The notes under the pieces are model-generated. The model was not told the origin of the DNA. It was given only the letters and a program-made list of their open reading frames with translations, and made no database searches. Position numbers and translations under genes: made by a program. A DNA stretch of 64,000 nucleotides. It comes from Candidatus Thalassarchaeum betae. Its GTDB lineage: Archaea; Thermoplasmatota; Poseidoniia; Poseidoniales; Thalassarchaeaceae. This document shows positions 8,446 through 17,332 of the stretch, one piece after another; the first letter of the stretch is position 1; every line of letters begins with the position of its first letter. The stretch covers positions 2,123 through 66,122 of the forward strand of contig JAKUUP010000006.1 of the NCBI GenBank assembly GCA_022447095.1, written 5' to 3'.

Positions 8446-10503
8446 ATGGACCATCCGCTGCTGCAGTCATACGGTCCACTCGATGGCTGGCACATCTTGC
8501 TGCTCATCGGTGGTCTCTCGATAGGATTCTTTCTCTATCAGGTGCAGAAGGCCACTCGCCTAGTGATGCTAGGCGCTCCCGACGACCGCTTCGGCTCTTG
8601 GCGCGCGCGTATCAGCGAGTTCATGTCGGGCTGGTTGGGGCAGAAGCGCGTCCTCAGGGACAGATTCGTCGGGTCGATGCATGTCCTGATGTTCTGGGGT
8701 TTCCTGATGTTGGCTTCCGATATGTTCGACCTCGCCACAGCGAATACATTCTCCAACAAGATCCTGCCCGACGCGCTGCTCGGACCTTGGAACGGGATGG
8801 TCGAACTCGGCTACACGATGGCATTCATCGGTTGCGTGCCGGCCCTCATACGCAGGGTGGTTTTCGCTCCTGAGAAGCTCAAGCACGAATCACAACTCGA
8901 AGGCAACATCATTCTGTTCCTGATATTCTCTATCACGACGACATCATTCATCGTCGAGTCAATTCACGACCCATCTAGCAAGTGGGAACCCATCGGGCAC
9001 TGGGTCGGAGGAATGGGCCTCGCTGACGGAACCGTGATCGCGGCCTACTGGGTACACATGCTCTCGATATGCATTTTCTTCGTGCTCATACCGCTGTCCA
9101 AGCACATGCACTTGGTGATGGCCGTGCCCAACGTGTTCTTCCACGACACCGAGCCGGCGGGCAAGATGCGACCGCTCGCGGTCGGCGATGACGGCAAGGC
9201 GGTTCCGATGGAGGAGGTCTTGGAAATCGACCCTGATGACCTCGGACTCGGAGCCAGCTCCTACACTGATTACACCTGGAGACAACTCATCGACGGCTGG
9301 TCATGCACCTCCTGCGCACGATGCCAGGACGTGTGCCCGGCCTATGCATCCGGGAAGGGACTCAACCCAATGCAGGTCATCCACGACGTGCGTAACTACG
9401 CCAACGAACACGCGCCCCTGCTGCTGTCCGGCGAGCAGCCCGGGGAGACGATGATGCAGCGTATCACCGACGAGGCGGTCTGGGCGTGCACCACCTGCAA
9501 CGCGTGCGTCGATGTCTGTCCACTGTACATAGAGCACGTGCCCAAGCTGACCGACCTGCGCCGCAATGCTGTGATGGAGACGATGGAGTACCCAGAACAA
9601 CTCAACGTTGCGTTTGACAATATGGACTCCGCTTCAAACCCATACGGCTTCGGTTCGCACGAGCGCGCCGACTGGGCCGCAGACCTCGATGTCAAGGTCG
9701 GCGAGCCCGCAGAGTACATCTATTTCGTAGGCTGCGCTGCCAGTTTCGACGAGCGCAACCAGAAGGTGGCGCGCTCGACCATCTCCCTGCTGAAGGAGGC
9801 AGGACTGGATGTCGGCATTCTCGGCATGCAAGAGGGGTGCTCGGGCGACCCCGCCCGCAGGGCGGGCAACGAGTTCCTCTTCCAGATGCTCGCCGAGACC
9901 AACATGATGACCTTCCAGGAACTTGGAGTCAAGCGAATAGTGGCTTCCTGCCCGCACTGCTTCCACACTCTTGGAAAGGAGTACGGCGACTACGGTGGCG
10001 ACGAGCTCGAGGTCTTCCATCACTCGGAGATCCTCGCCAAACTACAGGAGGAGGGCAAGTTGCCGCAGGTCGAGAAGAACGACCGCAGCATGACCTTCCA
10101 CGACCCGTGCTACCTCGGACGCATCGGCGGCGTCATGGAAGAGCCGAGGAGCGTCATCGGCGGCGTCGACGTGGAGACCGAGAATCACGGACAGGACTCC
10201 TTCTGCTGCGGCGCTGGAGGCGCGCAGATGTGGATGGAGGAGGACGCCGACAAGCGCGTCAACGTCATCCGCGCCGCCGAGTTAGCTGAGACCGGTTGCG
10301 ATACGGTGGCGGTCGGATGCCCGTTCTGCTCGATAATGGTCAAGGATGGATTGGATGCTGTGGGTGCCGAGATGGAAGTGATGGACGTGGCCGAGATACT
10401 GTGGGAGCAGATCGTCTCCCGGGATGCTGACATCCACAAGCAATATCAGAAGAAATCCGGTAAAGCCCGTATATGGAGTTCCAGTAAAGCCGGATTCATT
10501 TGA
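8446..10503 (+). CDS. membrane-bound Fe-S oxidoreductase (FadF / HdrE-HdrD-like, CCG domains)
   Basis: N-terminal TM helices; two CxxCxxCxxxCP ferredoxin motifs; CCG-type domains (SCPHC, HDPC, CCGAGG, GCPFC). Confidence 0.9.
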   Translation: MDHPLLQSYGPLDGWHILLLIGGLSIGFFLYQVQKATRLVMLGAPDDRFGSWRARISEFMSGWLGQKRVLRDRFVGSMHVLMFWGFLMLASDMFDLATANTFSNKILPDALLGPWNGMVELGYTMAFIGCVPALIRRVVFAPEKLKHESQLEGNIILFLIFSITTTSFIVESIHDPSSKWEPIGHWVGGMGLADGTVIAAYWVHMLSICIFFVLIPLSKHMHLVMAVPNVFFHDTEPAGKMRPLAVGDDGKAVPMEEVLEIDPDDLGLGASSYTDYTWRQLIDGWSCTSCARCQDVCPAYASGKGLNPMQVIHDVRNYANEHAPLLLSGEQPGETMMQRITDEAVWACTTCNACVDVCPLYIEHVPKLTDLRRNAVMETMEYPEQLNVAFDNMDSASNPYGFGSHERADWAADLDVKVGEPAEYIYFVGCAASFDERNQKVARSTISLLKEAGLDVGILGMQEGCSGDPARRAGNEFLFQMLAETNMMTFQELGVKRIVASCPHCFHTLGKEYGDYGGDELEVFHHSEILAKLQEEGKLPQVEKNDRSMTFHDPCYLGRIGGVMEEPRSVIGGVDVETENHGQDSFCCGAGGAQMWMEEDADKRVNVIRAAELAETGCDTVAVGCPFCSIMVKDGLDAVGAEMEVMDVAEILWEQIVSRDADIHKQYQKKSGKARIWSSSKAGFI

Positions 10504-10586
10504 CCCAGTATAGAGGATAGTAATTCGAATATTGGGGAAGATTACTCAATCGTGAACATCAAAAAGAAACTGCCGTTAGAGATTGT

Positions 10587-10988
10587 ATGAGCGACGAATT
10601 CACCGCATTCGGGATGACCATACCAAGAATCGCAATACTGAATGGCGCTGTTCTTACACTCTGGGGAGTAATATCCTACTTCATGCAAAGTGCAGACCCT
10701 CCGTCAATTACCGCGCTTATTCCAGCATTCATGGGTTTTCCAATGCTTGCTCTGGGGGTGTTGTCTGAGAGGAATGGCAAGAACAGACATCATTACATGC
10801 ATATTTCAATGGTTTTGGCACTAGTCATGACAATAGGTGGAGCAAGGATTGTAACGGGCTATTCAGATATGTCTACTCTGGCTATAATTTCGCATCTACT
10901 ACTTCTTCAGGTCGGCATTTCCTTCATTATAGTCGGAATCAAGTCATTTAGATTTGCCAGACTACAGAGAGAAGCAATCGGTGATTGA
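10587..10988 (+). CDS. small 4-TM membrane protein (TMEM14-like)
   Basis: Four hydrophobic segments and SITALIP; AT-richer than its flanks. Confidence 0.65.
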   Translation: MSDEFTAFGMTIPRIAILNGAVLTLWGVISYFMQSADPPSITALIPAFMGFPMLALGVLSERNGKNRHHYMHISMVLALVMTIGGARIVTGYSDMSTLAIISHLLLLQVGISFIIVGIKSFRFARLQREAIGD

Positions 10989-11678
10989 GTGCGACCAGTA
11001 ATCGGAGTCACCTGCTTCATGCGTGACACTGTCTACGGGAACTGGCACAGGCACGCAGCCATACTGCCCTCGGCATATGTCTCCGCAATAGACAGGGTCG
11101 GCGGTACGCCGCTCATCATCCCGCCAGCAGGCGACATGACCAAGATTCTCGACAGTATCGATGGTTTGGTCGTCTCAGGTGGGCCGGATCTGTACCCTGA
11201 CAATTATGGAGAAGAGCCTGAGTCGATGACCGTAGAGTTCTACCCTGAACAGGATGCCACTGAGATGAGTCTAATCCGAGAGGCCATGGCCAGAGATATG
11301 CCATTCTTCGGCGTTTGCAGAGGCATGCAACTCCTCAGCGTGATGCATGGCGGGCGTCTGCACCAACACTTGGACACGACCCCAGGACACGAGGGTCACG
11401 GAGGCTTCGACGGCGTCGAGACAGAGCACGGAGTCTCAACAAGTCCAGGATCCTTGCTGGAGAGTCTAATGGGCAAATCAATCACAGTCAATTCGACGCA
11501 TCATCAGGGTGTCGCCGATGCAGGTGACTTGACGGTCGCGGCCATAGCCAAGCATGACGGGCTGATTGAGGCAGTTGAGCGCCAAGATCTGAGATTTTGC
11601 CTAGGTGTACAGTGGCACCCCGAGCGCGCCGGGCATGACGTACTGTACTCGGCGCTAGTGGAAGCGGCGCGGGGTTGA
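10989..11678 (+). CDS. class I glutamine amidotransferase-like, peptidase C26 (PuuD-family gamma-glutamyl hydrolase)
   Basis: DGLVVSGGPD, GVCRGMQ, VNSTHHQG and GVQWHPE motifs. Confidence 0.9.
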   Translation: MRPVIGVTCFMRDTVYGNWHRHAAILPSAYVSAIDRVGGTPLIIPPAGDMTKILDSIDGLVVSGGPDLYPDNYGEEPESMTVEFYPEQDATEMSLIREAMARDMPFFGVCRGMQLLSVMHGGRLHQHLDTTPGHEGHGGFDGVETEHGVSTSPGSLLESLMGKSITVNSTHHQGVADAGDLTVAAIAKHDGLIEAVERQDLRFCLGVQWHPERAGHDVLYSALVEAARG

Positions 11679-13096
11679 TGACTAGTAAGCCGCCGAGCCC
11701 GGACAGAATGACGCTCAGAGTGTATGACACGCGCTCGCGCGAGAAGCGCAAGTTGACCACTCTCGATGATGGCAAGGTGAGGATGTACGTCTGCGGCATC
11801 ACGCCTTACTCTCCCAGTCACCTAGGTCACGCACGCTGCTACCTCGCTTTCGACGTAGTGCACCGCTGGCTGGAGGCGAGCGGGTTCGAAGTCGACTACG
11901 TGCAGAACTTTACCGACATCGATGACAAGATACTCGACATCTCCGACTCGGAAGGAGTCGACTACTCAGTGGTCGCGAACAGGAACATCGACGAGTACTT
12001 CGAGGTCATGGACGCGATGAACGTCCTGAGGGCCGACCACTATCCTCGAGTCACTGAGACAATCACCGAGATCATCGAGATGGTCTCCACCCTAGTGGAC
12101 AAGGGCCACGCCTATGTTGGGGGCGACGGGGTTTACTTCGAGATTGACACTGCCCCGGAGAAGTACGGGCAACTGACGGGCCAGACCCTCGAGATGGTTC
12201 GAGCCGGTGCGGGCGGACGTGTTGAAAAGACCGGTTCAGGCAAGCGAGACCACCGCGACTTTGCGCTATGGAAGCTGGCCAAGCCCGGAGAGCCCTCGTG
12301 GGAAAGTCCGTGGGGTGCTGGCAGACCGGGTTGGCACATCGAATGCTCGGCGATGTCTCTCAAGCACTTCGGCGAGCATTTCGACATCCACGGCGGCGGC
12401 CACGACCTCCGATTCCCCCACCACGAAGCCGAGATATTCCAGTCCGAGTGCTGCACAGGCCGCGAGCCAGTAGTAGGCTACTGGATGCACAATGGCTTCG
12501 TCAACGTTGACGGCGAGAAAATGAGCAAGAGTCTAGGCAACTTCTGGACAGTCAGAGATACCTTCGAGCATCACGCCCCTCTCGCCTTGCGCTACGCGCT
12601 GCTCAGTGTCCCATATCGCAATCCAATCGATCTGACTCCCGAGTTCCTCGAGGACGCAACCACTCACTACGACAGGCTCGTCGAGGCGTATGGGGCCTCA
12701 CTCAGCGCGGACGGCGAGTCGGGCGACGACCTTGCAGGAGCCAGCGAGCGATTCACTGCAGCGATGGATGATGACTTCAACACTCGAGCGGCAATGATCG
12801 AGGTTCAGGGAGTGGTGGCCTCCGCAGCCGGCTCCGATGTGGCCAACTGGCTGGAGCAGTATGCCGGAGACGCCCTCGGACTTCTCCCTTCATCTGACGA
12901 GGTCATGGCAGGACTGGCACAGGCCGACTTGGCTCGGGCTGAGGTCGCCGAACGGGTCGAGGCGCTGCTGGCCGAGCGTGAGGGCGCCCGAGATTCGAGC
13001 GACTGGGCACGCGCGGACGAGATCCGTGACGAACTTTCTTCAATAGGCGTCATAGTAGAGGACGGTCCGGACGGCCCGACTTGGCACTTGGCCTAA
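11678..13096 (+). CDS. cysS: cysteine--tRNA ligase
   Basis: [25 protein letters not shown] and KMSKS motifs. Confidence 0.98.
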   Translation: MTSKPPSPDRMTLRVYDTRSREKRKLTTLDDGKVRMYVCGITPYSPSHLGHARCYLAFDVVHRWLEASGFEVDYVQNFTDIDDKILDISDSEGVDYSVVANRNIDEYFEVMDAMNVLRADHYPRVTETITEIIEMVSTLVDKGHAYVGGDGVYFEIDTAPEKYGQLTGQTLEMVRAGAGGRVEKTGSGKRDHRDFALWKLAKPGEPSWESPWGAGRPGWHIECSAMSLKHFGEHFDIHGGGHDLRFPHHEAEIFQSECCTGREPVVGYWMHNGFVNVDGEKMSKSLGNFWTVRDTFEHHAPLALRYALLSVPYRNPIDLTPEFLEDATTHYDRLVEAYGASLSADGESGDDLAGASERFTAAMDDDFNTRAAMIEVQGVVASAAGSDVANWLEQYAGDALGLLPSSDEVMAGLAQADLARAEVAERVEALLAEREGARDSSDWARADEIRDELSSIGVIVEDGPDGPTWHLA

Positions 13097-15793
13097 TCAC
13101 TCCTCTTCCACGAGCACGGACGGCTCGCGTCCTGAGAGCTCACGCAGGTTGGAGTTGACTATCCCAATCGAGCCCACAATCACGGCCAGAGCGACGAAGA
13201 TAGCCACCCAGTAGAAAGGTCCGTCCATCCAGCTCTCTTCCTCCGGCTCGGGCTCTGGCTCGGGCCCAGACTCCTCCTCGGCATCTATGAAGGCGTAGCC
13301 ATACCGACAGGTCACCTCATCGGGATAGGCCCCGGAATCGGAGCACAGGTGGGCCGGCACGGCAACTGCGTCGGCCACGTCGAGGTTGCAGAACGAGCCG
13401 CCGACCTCGATGCACTCCTCGGTCGGCTGCATGACGATCAGTATCGCACCGCACAGCAGGACCTTGCTGCCCGGGGTCGTGGGCACGTTGGCCTCGGAGA
13501 GAGTCGCTTCGGTAGATTCGCACTCCTCGAGGTGTATCCCCTCGTCGATGGTGGTCGGGTGCGGGATGGTGCCGCCACGCGGCCCGTAGGTCGGCCACAG
13601 GACCGGCAGCTCGGGTTCAGGGACCGGAGTTTGGTTGTTTTCGCCCCCGCACACCGTGGTGTCACTGCAGTCGAAGTCGTCGCAGTCAACGTATGGGTCG
13701 CCGTCGTTATCCACGCCGTCGCTACAAGCAGCTTCGGTGTCCTCCGAGCCGCCGTTGCTCGGAGGGGTGGTGTCAATCGGACCGGCTCCGGCAACAGTCC
13801 CGTCGACACGATGCCCATCCTCGTTCAGTTCTACGTCGTAGTAGTCCCCCCACAGGTCGATGGTCCGTCCACTCTGGAATGTCAGGGAGTTGTTCAGGAC
13901 ATCGAAGTAGCGCTCATCGCCGAGTGTGAACAGGTACTCCAGCGGCACGCCAGCGCCTTGGTTGCATTCCTGAAGCGCAGTGAGCATTTCGGCGTAGGTC
14001 TGCTGCGCTTCCGGCACGCCGTCGTAGGTGATATCGGTGGCTTTGGTGAAGCCAACGCCCTGGATTATCTCCACTTCTTCGTCCATCGCCTGCATGATGT
14101 CGACATCGCCGTAAATCGCCAGTCCGCCCACGACGACTAGGCGAACGTCGGGATCGATTGCGTCGACGACGTTGCGGTACGGGTCAGAGCGGAAGGTGTC
14201 GAGCACGACTAGGTCGGCGGCCAACCCCTCCTGGATGCGGCCCGTATGCTCGGACCAGCCGATGGCGTCGACGATGTTGGTGGTGATTGCTTGAACCAGT
14301 TCGTAATCGGTGAAGACATCGCCGAGGACGTTGTCATCCCACCAATCAGCGGTTTTCAACTCGTGCATCGAGCTCTTGGAGCCCGATGGCCCCCAGTCGG
14401 GCCCGATCATGATGTTCACGCCTTCCGCCTTCGCAGTCGCGATGTCCGTGGTGTCGCCGTAGAGCAGCAGGTTCGAGGTCGGCGACCAAGCTAGGCTCCC
14501 GCCCACGTCTCCAAGCGCTGAGAGCTCGGTCTGCGTCAGACCGGTGCCGTGGACAATGACGACCTCGCCGACGAGCAGGTCGTTGCCGACGAGGATGTCG
14601 AACTCGGCGCGACTCGATTCGTCGATGCCCTCGGCGAGGTGTAGGAACCAGGCGTCGAGTTCGCCTGAGGCGTTGCCGTCCTTGATGTGCTGTCCGGAGT
14701 AATCTGACTCCAGTTCGGTGACCTTGGTGTGGATGTAGTCCTTGCCGAAGTTGTAGAGTTCGATGTTGCGCGCGAGCATCGTCTCGAAAGTGTCGGTGGA
14801 GGACGTGCTGCTGCCCTGCAGCGCGGTGTTGCCACCGGCGACCGCTCGTAGTTCGGCGAATCGCATCGCGGATGAGTCGTATAGTGAGCATCCAATGTCC
14901 TTTGCATCGCTATAGCCCGAGTATGACTGCCATTGGTATCTATTATCCCATCCGTCTGTTCCGTGGTCCCAGAGCGGAATTAGGTTGTATTTTGCATGGT
15001 TGTGGGGATCTATGAATCCGGGGTATATTGTGCCACTGGTAGGAATCGACATGACCCCTGCTGCAGTTGCCGGTGCACCACCCTCAGCACTCCAAACGGC
15101 ATCAATTATCCCATCACGCACGAGAACTCGACCGTCTTCTATGACGTCGTTCTCGGAAACCATCGTCACTACGCGCCCCTCGAGGATGTACTCCCCGTTG
15201 TGGACGTGGTCCTGCGGAGGGTAGCAGTTGCCCTGCAGGTGGTTGGCACCGCCCCACTCTAGGTGGTTGGCGCCTCCCGGGGTCGGGCTGCCGTCGGACA
15301 GCTTGGCCCAGTTGCCGCTTAACGAATCGTAGCCGTAGGGGATATCCCAGTCCGAATCCTCGCCCCCGTAGCTCACCGAGTCGACCTCGGTGCCCGAGCC
15401 ATCGAGAAGGCGAATCGTGTCCCCGTCCCAGAAGTCGAACTCGATTCCCGTCCACGACCGGTAGAAGACGACGTAGGCACCCGCCTCGAGGACGGTGCCC
15501 CAGCCGATGCTGCACGCCGGCGAACCGCCGTCGGCGATGTCGTCGAGCCACCACCCGCCGATGTCTATTGCATCGGAAGTGGGGTTGTGCAGTTCTACGA
15601 ACTGGTCGTTGTAGGTCCCCATCGAACCGTCACCGTTCCAGTCCGTGCCGTCATATTGCTCGTTGTTAGGGGAGACTAGAATTTCGTTGATGTAAATCGC
15701 ATCGGTGGGAGCAGTCTGCGCAGATGTCACCATTACTGGGCCCAGACTCGTCATCAGCAGCAGTAGGATTGCGGTCATAGCAGATGCGCGCAT
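13097..15793 (-). CDS. secreted, membrane-anchored lamin-tail-domain + amidohydrolase fusion protein
   Basis: Signal peptide; LTD (IYINEIL..FVELHN..IDIGGWWL); amidohydrolase metal motifs PGFIDPHNH, HLAEG, VHG, GPDW, ADLVV; Cys/Asp module; C-terminal TM. Confidence 0.85.
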   Translation of the reverse strand: MRASAMTAILLLLMTSLGPVMVTSAQTAPTDAIYINEILVSPNNEQYDGTDWNGDGSMGTYNDQFVELHNPTSDAIDIGGWWLDDIADGGSPACSIGWGTVLEAGAYVVFYRSWTGIEFDFWDGDTIRLLDGSGTEVDSVSYGGEDSDWDIPYGYDSLSGNWAKLSDGSPTPGGANHLEWGGANHLQGNCYPPQDHVHNGEYILEGRVVTMVSENDVIEDGRVLVRDGIIDAVWSAEGGAPATAAGVMSIPTSGTIYPGFIDPHNHAKYNLIPLWDHGTDGWDNRYQWQSYSGYSDAKDIGCSLYDSSAMRFAELRAVAGGNTALQGSSTSSTDTFETMLARNIELYNFGKDYIHTKVTELESDYSGQHIKDGNASGELDAWFLHLAEGIDESSRAEFDILVGNDLLVGEVVIVHGTGLTQTELSALGDVGGSLAWSPTSNLLLYGDTTDIATAKAEGVNIMIGPDWGPSGSKSSMHELKTADWWDDNVLGDVFTDYELVQAITTNIVDAIGWSEHTGRIQEGLAADLVVLDTFRSDPYRNVVDAIDPDVRLVVVGGLAIYGDVDIMQAMDEEVEIIQGVGFTKATDITYDGVPEAQQTYAEMLTALQECNQGAGVPLEYLFTLGDERYFDVLNNSLTFQSGRTIDLWGDYYDVELNEDGHRVDGTVAGAGPIDTTPPSNGGSEDTEAACSDGVDNDGDPYVDCDDFDCSDTTVCGGENNQTPVPEPELPVLWPTYGPRGGTIPHPTTIDEGIHLEECESTEATLSEANVPTTPGSKVLLCGAILIVMQPTEECIEVGGSFCNLDVADAVAVPAHLCSDSGAYPDEVTCRYGYAFIDAEEESGPEPEPEPEEESWMDGPFYWVAIFVALAVIVGSIGIVNSNLRELSGREPSVLVEEE

Positions 15794-15895
15794 GGCTCGC
15801 TAACGCCCTGCTTCAGGCTTTGAACCTCACCGCCCTGCGTTGCAGGGCGCATCACGTGCGAAGTGCGAAATACGGCCTTCTCACGGGGTTGGAGC

Positions 15896-17329
15896 ATGGC
15901 CGAAGCGCGAGTGTCGCGAGCGGTGCTCGCGGTGATGATGGTCTCCAGCATGACGCTTGCAGGATGCTTCGGTGGTGGCGAGGTCGGAGATGATAGCCTG
16001 ACGCCATGGGATTCTGGCTACAATTACATCGATACCCCCTCGTCCTACGAGGATCCTCGGAACTTCACCGTAGGTGCGCCGTTCAGCAACGATACCTGGG
16101 GCAACTCTACTTGGACAGTCTACGGTAATGAGCACGGCGGCAACTGCTGCGAGCACTACCTGGCCGCCACCAAGGAGGGCTGGATACTAAACTTCGGCGG
16201 CGAATACCCGACTTGGAGCGAGGATAGGGGGCTGACTTGGAAGGAGTGGCAGCCCACCATCTTCTCGCAGTTCGGCTGTTATCTGCCCAAGCCCACGATT
16301 CCGGGCCAGGAGGGGCTGGGAGAGGGCAGCATCGTTCAGGCCACCAATGGCGACCTCATCGCGATGGGCTGGTTCCCGTACCCGAGCACCAGCGGAGCCG
16401 ACCAGTTCTACGCCTTCTTCTACGATGCAGAGGACGAGGACTGGAGTTGGTGCTACAACCGGCCCCCTGAGGCCTTCTACGACAGGTCGTGGCAGGTTGA
16501 AGTCACGGGCCCCATCAGCAGTATCTACGGCAGCGGGCCTTGGGCCAGCCTCGTCATCAGCAACTTCTGGCACCAAGTGGCCAACCGTGGCGGACAGATT
16601 AGCACTGACGGGTTGAACTACCAGAACTTCGACTTCCCCGATCGCGATGCAAACCTCGACGTGATGGAGGTTGACCTCGACTTCGAGGAGCTCGGTGTCG
16701 AGTGGGATTACACCAAGCCGCACAAGGAGATGCGCTCCTTCCCGGTGCCCTCGGGCGGTCTGTACTTCCCTAACTACTTCGACGGAGGAGTGGACGCATA
16801 CCTAGACACCTCGCTCAGCTGGTGGGCTGCGACCAATGCCAACGGTAGCAGTCTACCTTCTCAGTACTGCTCCTTTGACTCCTCAACGGCGCTCCACTGC
16901 GTAACCGCCGCAGGCACAGTTCTCCAGCACACGCTCTCATGGGACGGCGGCCTGACTTGGACCAACCAGACCTACAACCTGTCTTCAGTCGCAACGGAAT
17001 TGGAGGAGTGGGAGTTCCACGCCAACGGCGCTCAGGACCTGTTCGTGCTCAACGTCCGCTACCAGAGCGCCGAGGGTCCCGACGTCGACGTCGCATGGCA
17101 CGTCAGGGAGTACTCGGAGAGCCTTGTACCCGACATGAAGACCCACCTCGGGCTCGGCGACCTCGACTCGACCTCGGGCGCGGGGAACGACATCAGGTTC
17201 GATTTCGCCAGCATGGGCATCCTTCCTGACGGCGGCGCGTTCATCGCCTACCACGACTCGACCGACCCCGATCCGCTGTTTGGCGTCGAGATGCTGCTTC
17301 CCGTCAGATACGGCCCCGCAGTTGCTTAA
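15896..17329 (+). CDS. lipoprotein with BNR/Asp-box repeats (sialidase-like propeller)
   Basis: Lipobox LAGC; Asp-boxes SEDRGLTW and SWDGGLTW. Confidence 0.7.
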   Translation: MAEARVSRAVLAVMMVSSMTLAGCFGGGEVGDDSLTPWDSGYNYIDTPSSYEDPRNFTVGAPFSNDTWGNSTWTVYGNEHGGNCCEHYLAATKEGWILNFGGEYPTWSEDRGLTWKEWQPTIFSQFGCYLPKPTIPGQEGLGEGSIVQATNGDLIAMGWFPYPSTSGADQFYAFFYDAEDEDWSWCYNRPPEAFYDRSWQVEVTGPISSIYGSGPWASLVISNFWHQVANRGGQISTDGLNYQNFDFPDRDANLDVMEVDLDFEELGVEWDYTKPHKEMRSFPVPSGGLYFPNYFDGGVDAYLDTSLSWWAATNANGSSLPSQYCSFDSSTALHCVTAAGTVLQHTLSWDGGLTWTNQTYNLSSVATELEEWEFHANGAQDLFVLNVRYQSAEGPDVDVAWHVREYSESLVPDMKTHLGLGDLDSTSGAGNDIRFDFASMGILPDGGAFIAYHDSTDPDPLFGVEMLLPVRYGPAVA

Positions 17330-17332
17330 TCA

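Noticed and set aside
8446-10503. Methanogenesis-type heterodisulfide reductase
   Set aside because: The architecture matches widespread FadF-like CCG oxidoreductases, and the window has no methanogenesis genes.
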